Shown one piece after another: positions 1-9,500 of a stretch of DNA of 64,000 bases. The DNA lies in IMG/VR virus record IMGVR_UViG_3300049734_000491, positions 32,001 through 96,000 of that record; one strand, 5' to 3'. The notes below the pieces were generated by a model. The model searched no databases. It saw only the letters and a program-made list of their open reading frames with translations, and was not told the DNA's origin. The translations under genes and the position numbers were made by a program. How positions within the stretch are numbered: position 1 is the stretch's first letter; the number at the start of each line of letters is the position of its first letter. This DNA comes from a virus.

Positions 1-1
1 C

Positions 2-3000
2 GAGGAGCAGAACATCCCAGCCCCGGACATCGACCCAGACGGCCGACTGGTCCCAGTGCCGGCTGAGCCAACTCCGGAGGCGGAGCCAGAGTCGGCAGCA
101 CCTCCGCCGGCGCAGCCGGAGCTCCGTGCACCCGAAGCGCTGTCGCCCGAAGCCCAGGACCGTGTCGAGAACGAGCTCGATGCCTGGGAGGAGCGGATGA
201 ACAACGCCGGGATGGAGGTCAGCAATGCCGACCTCGACCGGCACCGCAGGCGTCTCGAGGACCGAGAGCGCCGGCGGGCGGTAGGCCAGGGCGAGCAGAT
301 CGTGGAGCAGGGGTCTCGAGAAGGTGACTGGGGACGACCGGCTCCTGGTGGCGAGCCGCTCTGGGTGCCACCCCAGGAGTGGGTCGAGGCCGAGCAAGAA
401 CGACGTGGTCTTCGGGAGACCATCCTCTTCGACCCCGACCAAGCCAAGAAGTCCCAGGCGTTCTGGAGGAGCTACAACCACCCAGCCGGTTCCATCAAGT
501 TCACCCCGCCGGCGGACCTCGACGAGATGGACCTCGACCGTCTCGAGGGTGAGATCGAGGATCTCCAGGAGGGACTCGACGACTTCGTCGAAGCTCGAGA
601 CCGAGGTGATGTCGAGAATGCCCTTGCAGCTCTGAACAACGCCATCGAGTCTCGGGACAACATCCGTGCCCTGCGGGACGAGACCGAGAACATGCTCGAG
701 GACACCTGGGACGACGGGGCCCTCGATGCGGACCTGGCCTGGATGGATGACGAGCGCAGCCAACTCGAGGCCGAGGTGGAGAAGATCCCAGACATCCGGC
801 CCTACGTGGACGACTGGTCTGACCCAGATGCCTTGGACAAGGCCAGGAACAAGCGGGCTCAGGAGACCCTCGACACCTGGAGCCGGGAGGGCGTCTTCGA
901 GATCCCGCCGGAGATCGACGACCGGTCCGGGAAGCTCAAGTATGAGTACCCGAGCGACGATGCCAATCGAGCTGTCCAGACCATCCAGGAGTTCCTGCCG
1001 ACCTACATGGAGTCGCTTCAGGATGATCCCGACCAGGCTCGAGGTGCTCTCCAGGAAATCCAGATGGCTCGAGACGACCTGCGTCGGCTCAGCCAGGAAT
1101 GGGCCGGCGGAGCTGATTGGCCTGAGGGGAACTCCGACCTGGCTGACCTCGACTGGGTGGACGACGAGTTGGCCCGACTCGATCAGCTCGTCGGCGGGCC
1201 CGGCGAATCGGATGTGATCAATCAAGGCGCCCTCGAGCCGGGAGAACCCGGGCGGCCCTACACGCCGGCTGAGTGGCCATCAGCCAGGCTCGATCCCGAA
1301 GCTGATCCCCAGGCGGCCGTTGCACAACTCGAGCAGCAGATCGAGAGCGTGCGTGGCCTGCGGGACAACATGCAGAGCTACTACGACAAGATGGCTGAGC
1401 GTGGTTGGGGCGGCGACACCCGTCGCCCGGGTCGATGGAATCGCCAGGACGCCCAGGGCAAGCTCGACATGTACAACCGCGAGCTGGCCGGCTACGAGGC
1501 GGAGTTGGCTGATCTTCAAGGGCGGTACCCAGAAGAAGGAGCACCGACAGCCGGTGTTCGTGGACTGACTCCGTCAGGCAAGACCAAACCAAAGGACGGT
1601 CGCTTCAGCCCAGAGGAGTGGGAGCAGGCCAAGATCGATCCCGAGACCGATCCCCAGGGTGCCCTCGACCAGGCCCAGTGGCAACTCGAGAAGTTGAACC
1701 AGTCCCTTCAGTTCATCCGCAAGCGCAGGAGCCAACTCCGACGGGACCGGGAGAGTCCCCAGTGGCCCAAGGCCGAGCGGGAACGCCTGGCTGAGATGCA
1801 GCAGGTGCGGGAGTACATGGCTGAGCTCAAGGCCAGGTACCCCGACCTCGAGCCCGACGCAGCCGGCTTTACGCCACCCGAACTCGAGGTGCCGGACTTC
1901 CAGGCACAGCAGCGCATCCTGCGGGAGTGGCGGGATGACATCGAACGGGTCGGCGGCTTCGCCGGCGGCAACTGGCACGCCAGCGAGTTCGGTGGCCGGG
2001 ACACCGTCAGGTACGACGGACCCGACGGCAGGACGTTCGAGTTCAGCCAACCGGACGGTGCCAACTGGGAGATCGCCGAGTTCGACCGGGACGGCAACCA
2101 CATCGCCACCTTCGACGTCGGTGACCGCAATCCGATCGAGGCGCTGGCCGAGGTCAGGCGGGGCGAGCTCGAACCGAACGTTCCAGGAGAGCCGCCGCGG
2201 GGTGCCGAGCCACGAAGCGTCGATGAGCGGATCGACGATGTCGAGGATCGCATCGGTCGAGTCATGGACGACATGAAGGTCGCCCAGGAGCGGTACAACG
2301 CCGACAAGTCCGACGAGAACAACACGGCGTACCAAGACCTGATCGACGAGTACTACCGGCTCGGTGACGAGCTCCGTGGTCTTCAGAACGAGCGGGCAGC
2401 TCAAGGACCACCGCAACCACCGGAGCCGTTCACCCCGACGCCGGCCGGGGAGCAGTTCAACACGGGGATGCCGCTCCTCGACCGCAACGCCAATCTCATC
2501 CATCGAGAGGACTGGCCGGGCAAGTTCCGTGGTACGGAGGTTGACGGAGTACCAACGATCGAATATACTGATCCAGACGGAACGATTTACGAGCTCCACG
2601 AACCGTCCCCCGGGGAATGGAGGGTGCGTTCCTACAGCCCCGATCGTCAGGAGCTCCTCGACACTTGGGACATCGATCGAGACGTCGCTGAGCCCTGGCA
2701 ATACTTCAAGTACGACATCCTCGGTGAGCCGGGTCGACCTGCTCCGGTAGCTCGAGACCGTGAGATGGGCGACGTCCTTGAGTTGCCTGAGCCGGCTTCG
2801 TATGAAGAGATGGTCCAGGGCTTCATCGACCGGGCCAAGGGTGGCGATACCGGAGCCATGAACGAGCTCCGGGACCGGCTGGTCGGCTCGAGGTGGAGCC
2901 AACTCGACGAGATCCGGGACCAGAACCTCGACCTGAACGAGGGGCCCGGGGCCTGGGACGGTGAGCTCGTCCGGGGCCGCAATGGCAAGTTCCTGGCCTA

Positions 3001-5497
3001 TGCTGTTCCTCGAGAAGGTGGCTTGGCTGACGGCGAACTCGAGACGTTCGACGACGAGACCAAGGCCAGGGAGTGGCTGGAAGGGAGGTTGGCTGATCGC
3101 CGCATCCCTTTCCTTAGTGGGCTCGAGCACAACCCGGACATGTTCGACGATGTCCCGGAGCCGGCCGAGCCCGAAGGAGACCAGGGCTGGTCAGGCCCAG
3201 ACAACCCGTTCGGGATGGCCCTCGACTTCTGGGACAACGTCGGCTCGCAGATCGGCCAGTGGGACGACTGGCCCGATTTCCAGGTCGTGCTCGATGACGA
3301 GGAGGGAGCAACTCCGTACCTCAAGATCCCACATGACCCGGGAGGTGGCTGGATCCCGAGCTTCCTCGATCGCCAGGTCGATCCCGAGACCGGGGAGATC
3401 CAGTACCGGGTCACCTACGGGCAGACCCCAGACGGGAAGCCGTACTGGCCGAGTGCTTCGACCAGGTCACATTCTGATCCTCTCGATGCGATCCGAGACC
3501 TGCGGGTTCGGAGTGGCAAGAGCACGGTGACCCCAGACGAAGCACCTGAAGTTCCCGAGCCCAGAGCTCCAAGACCCAGAGCTCCAGAGCCGGCTGAGGC
3601 ACCAGAGCCGGCTGAGGTGCCTGAAGCACCGACGCCCGAGGTGCCCGAACCCGAGCCCGAGGTCCTCGAGCCCGGGCCCGAAGCTCCCGGGCCGGCTGCA
3701 CCTGAAGAAGCCGAGGGTCCGCAGCTGCCGTCACCGATCCTGGCTGAGTTGGGCATCGACCCGGGCCGAGCTGGTCACATCCCGGTCATCGCCCAGCAGG
3801 ACGGGGAGGGCAACTACACGTTCACGCCCCAGGGCCAGCCCGATGAGTTCACCAACGAGCCGGCTTTTGTCACCCAGTTCGTGGATCGAGACGGCACCAC
3901 CAAGTACCGGGTCACCGGCCGAGGCGGGAAGCCGGCTCTCGGAACCCAGACGATCTACGACAACTACGACGAGGCGATGCTGATCGCCCAGAACATCGGG
4001 CATGGCGGCCTAGGGGATCGAGATCCCCGGACTCCTGAAGAGTTGGCTGAGACACGTCGGGCTCGAGATCTGATCCGCCAGCTGTTCGATGCACATGAAG
4101 CCGATCCGACCAAGGACGGCCAGTGGCACTCGTACTGGGGTGGTGGGGATCGAGTGATGGCCCACGACTACGCAACCCGTGGTTCGTACTACCCGAAGCT
4201 CGGTGGGGGGCGACACACCGGCACCGTCTACCAGGATCCTGAGACCGGCAAGTGGGTCGGCTCCTGGTCCAACAAGGGTGGCCGGACCCAGTCCAAGCGG
4301 TCGGTCAAGGAGTTCGACAGCCCTGAAGAGGCGATGGACTACGTCAAGAAGGGCGTTGATGCCAAGATCGCCGAGTACCGGGCGAAGCAGCCGACGAAAC
4401 CGACTCCTCGAGTCCCGGGAGGTGGCTACAACCCCAACGCCACTCCCATCGAGTTGAACGAAGGCGAGGTCGGAGTTCGGACAGCTCCGACACCGGAGCA
4501 CTTCCCGAGCGAGGTCATCGTCGACGGGGTGCCCTGGGACACCGGCGGCGTCGACACGGTGAAGTCGCCGAGGCACATCTTCGCATTCCTGAAGCGGGGC
4601 GACCTCGATGACCGTGCCAAGTCGAGGCTGAAGTCGTCCCGGGCCAAGACCCCAACTCAGCAGTGGTACGACTCCGTGGTCGGGGACACATCAGATCGGT
4701 GGGACGCAGCCGGCATCCTGATGCCCGGCATCCTCTCGAACCTGCCGCTGCTCGACTCGACCGGGGCTGGGGCGAACCACGTCCAGTACACCACTGGTTG
4801 GCTGATGTCCGAGCCGATGGCGCTTCGGCACATGCAGGTCACCAGCAAGGAGAACCCGTCTGGGACGTTCTCGAACGTGGAGGTCGGCGAGCGGGTCATC
4901 ACCGCAACCCACGAGTTCGCCCACGCACTCGATCTCGCCATTGCCTTCGCCAACCGCTACCGGCAGGGCGGGGATGTCAACGGGATCCCGGGGTTGGCCG
5001 GCGTGCTGGGAGGGGGCAAGGACTTCAAGGAGGCATGGACGGTCGCCGTCTCGAGGACCACTCGAACGCCGGAGAACTACGCCCTGGGACTGAAGCAAGC
5101 GGTGGAGGACCACATCGACGATCCACTGGTCAAGGAGATGCTGCTGGCCTGGCTGGACACACCGTCGTCGGAGAAGATCAAGGCGGCGTACAGCCGGAAG
5201 TCGATCCAGTACTTCCACGATCCGACCGAGATCTTGGCTCGTACGATGCCGTACCTGCTCGAGCGCCGGCTCCGCAGGCGAGGCCATCACCTCGAAGCTC
5301 GAGAGGTCCAACAGGCCATCACCGGGTCACGTGTCCCGGGGGTGAGCTCTGGTCAGTATAGCGGATGGTTCAAGAATGGTCCACACATGGAGTGGGGAAC
5401 CGCGGAGACCGAGAGGGTGATCGACGCTCTCGAGGCCATCCTCGAGGCCAACGGGCTGTTGGACAACACGACAGGAGTTGCCCCGGCCGTGGTGTAG
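2..5497 (+). CDS. Giant acidic polyvalent-type phage protein, 5'-truncated by the window (>1830 aa), with C-terminal zincin-like metallopeptidase domain
   Basis: Frame is open from base 2. HEFAH motif at 4910-4924 followed by YFHDPTEILAR (~5210-5242). Contains internal duplicated modules and Pro/Glu-rich linkers. Confidence 0.75.
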   Translation, partial: EEQNIPAPDIDPDGRLVPVPAEPTPEAEPESAAPPPAQPELRAPEALSPEAQDRVENELDAWEERMNNAGMEVSNADLDRHRRRLEDRERRRAVGQGEQIVEQGSREGDWGRPAPGGEPLWVPPQEWVEAEQERRGLRETILFDPDQAKKSQAFWRSYNHPAGSIKFTPPADLDEMDLDRLEGEIEDLQEGLDDFVEARDRGDVENALAALNNAIESRDNIRALRDETENMLEDTWDDGALDADLAWMDDERSQLEAEVEKIPDIRPYVDDWSDPDALDKARNKRAQETLDTWSREGVFEIPPEIDDRSGKLKYEYPSDDANRAVQTIQEFLPTYMESLQDDPDQARGALQEIQMARDDLRRLSQEWAGGADWPEGNSDLADLDWVDDELARLDQLVGGPGESDVINQGALEPGEPGRPYTPAEWPSARLDPEADPQAAVAQLEQQIESVRGLRDNMQSYYDKMAERGWGGDTRRPGRWNRQDAQGKLDMYNRELAGYEAELADLQGRYPEEGAPTAGVRGLTPSGKTKPKDGRFSPEEWEQAKIDPETDPQGALDQAQWQLEKLNQSLQFIRKRRSQLRRDRESPQWPKAERERLAEMQQVREYMAELKARYPDLEPDAAGFTPPELEVPDFQAQQRILREWRDDIERVGGFAGGNWHASEFGGRDTVRYDGPDGRTFEFSQPDGANWEIAEFDRDGNHIATFDVGDRNPIEALAEVRRGELEPNVPGEPPRGAEPRSVDERIDDVEDRIGRVMDDMKVAQERYNADKSDENNTAYQDLIDEYYRLGDELRGLQNERAAQGPPQPPEPFTPTPAGEQFNTGMPLLDRNANLIHREDWPGKFRGTEVDGVPTIEYTDPDGTIYELHEPSPGEWRVRSYSPDRQELLDTWDIDRDVAEPWQYFKYDILGEPGRPAPVARDREMGDVLELPEPASYEEMVQGFIDRAKGGDTGAMNELRDRLVGSRWSQLDEIRDQNLDLNEGPGAWDGELVRGRNGKFLAYAVPREGGLADGELETFDDETKAREWLEGRLADRRIPFLSGLEHNPDMFDDVPEPAEPEGDQGWSGPDNPFGMALDFWDNVGSQIGQWDDWPDFQVVLDDEEGATPYLKIPHDPGGGWIPSFLDRQVDPETGEIQYRVTYGQTPDGKPYWPSASTRSHSDPLDAIRDLRVRSGKSTVTPDEAPEVPEPRAPRPRAPEPAEAPEPAEVPEAPTPEVPEPEPEVLEPGPEAPGPAAPEEAEGPQLPSPILAELGIDPGRAGHIPVIAQQDGEGNYTFTPQGQPDEFTNEPAFVTQFVDRDGTTKYRVTGRGGKPALGTQTIYDNYDEAMLIAQNIGHGGLGDRDPRTPEELAETRRARDLIRQLFDAHEADPTKDGQWHSYWGGGDRVMAHDYATRGSYYPKLGGGRHTGTVYQDPETGKWVGSWSNKGGRTQSKRSVKEFDSPEEAMDYVKKGVDAKIAEYRAKQPTKPTPRVPGGGYNPNATPIELNEGEVGVRTAPTPEHFPSEVIVDGVPWDTGGVDTVKSPRHIFAFLKRGDLDDRAKSRLKSSRAKTPTQQWYDSVVGDTSDRWDAAGILMPGILSNLPLLDSTGAGANHVQYTTGWLMSEPMALRHMQVTSKENPSGTFSNVEVGERVITATHEFAHALDLAIAFANRYRQGGDVNGIPGLAGVLGGGKDFKEAWTVAVSRTTRTPENYALGLKQAVEDHIDDPLVKEMLLAWLDTPSSEKIKAAYSRKSIQYFHDPTEILARTMPYLLERRLRRRGHHLEAREVQQAITGSRVPGVSSGQYSGWFKNGPHMEWGTAETERVIDALEAILEANGLLDNTTGVAPAVV

Positions 5498-5537
5498 TCA
5501 CTATACTACATCGTAATGACACTGACAAGGAAACCAC

Positions 5538-5765
5538 ATGCAGACCAATCCACTCATCTACGAGTACATCGAAGAGAACGGTGGGCCTGAGGCCTTCGAT
5601 CCGGCCACCGAGCCGGACAGCTTCCTCGAGCTCTGCCAGATCATCCTCGAGCAGATCGCTCAGGGCAGCGAGGCGGTGAGGTCCGCCTACACGCAGGAGG
5701 AGCTCAACATGCTCGCTCGGTACTACCTCAATCTCCCCCAACCGGACGACGAGAAGTTGGCGTAG
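5538..5765 (+). CDS. Small acidic hypothetical protein (75 aa)
   Basis: AAGGA RBS before ATG; codon usage matches neighbours. Confidence 0.7.
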   Translation: MQTNPLIYEYIEENGGPEAFDPATEPDSFLELCQIILEQIAQGSEAVRSAYTQEELNMLARYYLNLPQPDDEKLA

Positions 5766-5767
5766 CG

Positions 5768-6163
5768 ATGGATGCCGGCGCCTGGAATCTCGTCCTACCA
5801 GCGCAGCTGAACCAGTCGGCTGCTGTTGAAGCTCTGGCGATCTCGCTGTCGAGCTCATTCGAGGTGGTCCAAGTCAGCGAAGATGGCCGGCCAACTCACG
5901 TTCGTACCCGGGGTTCCGGGCCCGAAGCACGTCCGATCTCGGTTCGAGCTGCCGAGCGGGAGTTCACTCGCTGCTGGGTCCAGGCTGCCGTGGCGGACGA
6001 GTCCGACCCGTACTTCCTCCTCGACCTACGGGTGCAGAACTCCCTGCTCTCCTCGGTGGAGGCGTACATGGAGGTGCATGATCTCGGCTACATGGCTCCG
6101 ATCTCAGAGGAGGCCGGGGCCGAGCAGATCGAGCAGATCCAGTTGAAGCTCGACATCCAGTAG
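5768..6163 (+). CDS. Hypothetical protein (131 aa)
   Basis: Starts 2 nt after the previous stop; operon-like packing. Confidence 0.7.
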   Translation: MDAGAWNLVLPAQLNQSAAVEALAISLSSSFEVVQVSEDGRPTHVRTRGSGPEARPISVRAAEREFTRCWVQAAVADESDPYFLLDLRVQNSLLSSVEAYMEVHDLGYMAPISEEAGAEQIEQIQLKLDIQ

Positions 6164-6199
6164 TCCACCGTTGTTGACCGAGAAACTTAGGATGTACGC

Positions 6200-6559
6200 A
6201 TGGGTTTCCTGACTGCTCCGCCCAGGACCGAGTTCAACATCGTGGCTCAGGGCGTCGGCCGGATCATGGGGCCGAGTGGGGCCTACGACAAATCGAAGTT
6301 CTGGCTGAAGGAAGACGGCACCCTCGTGCTGGCGGTGATGGACAGAGATACCCGCCAGGTCGAGAGACAGCACCACCAGGTCACCGCAGCCAACTTCGAT
6401 GCCGGAGGCCGGGCTTCTTTCGACACCCCCCAAGGGCGCTGGAACTTTGCCAAGGCGCCCTGTTCCTGTGGCTACGGCGCTCTCGGCTACGCCGCCATCG
6501 CTGATGGACGCATCTCGTTGAACCGGGTCCGCCCGCCGGAGTGGGTGACCGGACTCTGA
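6200..6559 (+). CDS. Hypothetical protein with CSCG motif (119 aa)
   Basis: TAGGAT -10-like box 6 nt upstream (leaderless); TGATG overlap with next gene. Confidence 0.7.
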   Translation: MGFLTAPPRTEFNIVAQGVGRIMGPSGAYDKSKFWLKEDGTLVLAVMDRDTRQVERQHHQVTAANFDAGGRASFDTPQGRWNFAKAPCSCGYGALGYAAIADGRISLNRVRPPEWVTGL

Positions 6560-9500
6560 TGAGTACCGACGCCGAGCTGGTCAGCTACGACCTCGAGACG
6601 CCCGAGGGCGCCGAGGCGATCCTGGCTGCGATCTCCGAGATCGGCCGGCAACTCGAGCGAAAGGAGTCCCGGGACCTGGCGACCCGCCGGCTCGAGAACC
6701 TGGCTGCGGCCATCGGAGCTCCCGGGGCTGTGGTTGCCGGCGCCCGGGCCTTCGTCGAGTGGGAACATCCCCGGGGCCCGGACGGGCGCTTCATCGAGAA
6801 GTTCGGCTGGGTGCGCTGGTTCGACTTCAGGACCCAGAGATGGCTGCGGGGCCGGGTCATGGATGTGGGTGACGACGGCCAGGTCACCGTCCACCGCCGG
6901 CTCAACGATGACGAGGTGGGGGTCTACCGCTTCAACTACGACCAGGCGTCCAAGCAGCTCTACTCGTCGCCGAAGCCGAAGGCCACCCTGGACTTCCCAG
7001 ATGTGATGGGTGAGGACAATGCCGGCTGGAAGCAGGTCGGCGGCCAGGGCGGCTCGAACCCGGGCGGCCGCTTCGTGCTGGACGTCAACGATGGTGTGCA
7101 GAATCATCGCTGGACCGAGGAGGAGTTCGACTTCCTGTTCGGAGGGCGGCCGTCGGTCGAGATCATCGGGCTGGTCGCCGACCAGAAGCAGTTCGATGAC
7201 GACGACTTCAGCGACCGACTCAAGGCCAAGATCGAGGAGACCTACCCCGAGGCCAAGGACGAGGGCGGGGCTGGTGTCTGGGAGGCGATCCCCGGGGGAC
7301 GGAGATCAGCCGGCGGCGTCATCATCTGGGATGACCCAGAGGATGGACTCCAGGTCGCCGTGGTCAACCGCGACCACGAGCACCACCAGGAGCCGACACC
7401 GGAACGGAAGCGGGCCGACTTCGCCTTGCAGAACTGGGTGTTGCGCCGGGTCAAGGCGAAGCTCCTCCCGCAGAACCCAGAGCGCAAGCTCCATCCGACC
7501 TGGCGTCGTGTGCTGTACGGGCTCGGACCCGACTCCGGCATGGGGATGGGCGTGGGAGGCCCGAGCGGCCTTCCGAGCGTGCCCGACCTCAGCCTGGGCA
7601 AGGAGACAGCCGAGGGCATCGCCCAGTCGGCCAGCCAGGGTCTCGAGACGGCTTCGGAGATCCGCAACGCCGCCACCGGGGCCCTGGTCCGGCTCGAGGA
7701 GATCGTCACCACCGATCCCAAGGCCAGGTTCTTCCCCTTCGAGATCGACGCTGACGTGCTGGGCACCAAGGACCGGCTCCGGGCGCTCATCAACCACTTC
7801 GTGCAGCCCCAGGTCCGCCCCGGGGACACCTTCTACGTCAAGGACATGTCGGGGGACTACACCGGGCCCGACCGGGTCGCCAACGAGGTGATGGCGAGCC
7901 GGCTGTACGAGTTGGCTGGTGTGGCGGTGCCCGACGTGTACCAGGGCAACGACCCCTCGAAGGTGGGCTCCCGGATCATCGGCGGCGAGCTCACCGACAT
8001 CGGCGAGCACCTGGACAACCCCGAGGTGATGGCCAAGGTCCGCATGGGCTTCGTGGTCGATGCCTGGCTGGCCAACTGGGATGTGGCCGGCCTCGAGTTC
8101 GACAACATCGTCGTGGACGAGGACGGAATCCCGTACCGCATCGACTCCGGCGGTGCGCTGGCCTACCGGGCGATGGGCAGCCCGAAGGGCGACATGTTCG
8201 GGCCTGAGGTCGGCGAGCTGGTCACCCTCGGCCCCGACTCACCGCTTCGAGGCCAGGCCACCGCCCCGGAGATGTTCGACGGGCTCACTCATGAGGAGAA
8301 GCTCGAGGGAGCTCGCCGGGTCGCAGCCATTTCTCCCCAGCAGATCCGGGACCTGGCGCTCGAGACCGGGATCGATCAGCACGTCACCGAGACGCTGATC
8401 GCCAGGCGGGCGTTCATCATCGACGAGTTCCTCGAGGGGGTTGATCCCTTCGCCGGCCAGCCTGAAGAAGTTGTCCCGGAGATCGTCGAGGAGCCAGCTG
8501 AGCTCCCCGAGACCCAGGTCAAGAGCGACCTGGACCTGCTCCGTGAACAGGTGGGTGATGTCGAGACCTTCGACAACCCGGCTGTGGAACCCCAGCCGGC
8601 ACCGGAGGCCCTTCAGCCAGACGAGTTCCCGGCGGCGCTCACCAAGGAGGAGGCCTGGTCCTGGTCGGGGGCGTCGCAGCAGTGGATCTCGAATCCCAAC
8701 GAGGAGGGCGGCGTCACCGAGGCCGAGCTCGAGGACCGCTGGTTGAACCAGGTCGAGGAGCTTGGCCGTTACATCGACGGCCTGGTCGCCAGCGACGGAG
8801 TTGTCTCGGTCAACATGCCGGCTTCGGATCTGGTTGGCTCAGGCGTCCTCGAGAACCCCAAGGGCATCGTCTTGATGACCGACTCGCTGGCAGTGCCAGG
8901 TGGGCGCACGGACATGTTCGTGCCCTGGGGAACTGATGCCGATGGCAACGCCGTGCTGGTGTCCCGGATCTCCGGTCAGCAGGTGACGCCAGCGCTGGAC
9001 TGGGTGGACAGCCGGGCCCGGGCCAGGACCGTGGACCTGACCGTCATCGAGGAAGGCGAGTTCGAGGATGAGCTCGACTGGATCGACGACCTGGCGACGA
9101 AGGCGGCTGACTCCCAGGTGGCGCTCGAGGCAGTGCGAACTGGGTACGACAAGCTGGCTGAGGCAGAGCACCTCGGCTGGAAGCCCAGCGACGACCTGGG
9201 TGATGACCCAGTCGACCTGCTGATCCTGGATGGCAGGACCCCGGTCACCTCGACCCGGGGACCGAACGGGGGGATCCAACTCCACGACGCTGCCACTGGG
9301 GACTCGATGTTCGTGATCGGCTTCGGCGACCTGGCACTGGGTGGTGACTTCACCAGGGCCACTGTCACCGACCCGGACGGACTCGAGCACGACCTGGTCC
9401 TCCCGGACATGACTGGGCAGCAGATCGTGCGGGCCAAGCTCGGGATGGCCGAGCTCGAGCAGAAGTCCGGCCTGGTCCAGGCCGCCCAGGTCACAGCCGG

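Noticed and set aside
7070-7830. Intein in the kinase domain
   Set aside because: No C/S-start and HN-C/S/T-end splice motifs and no LAGLIDADG blocks.
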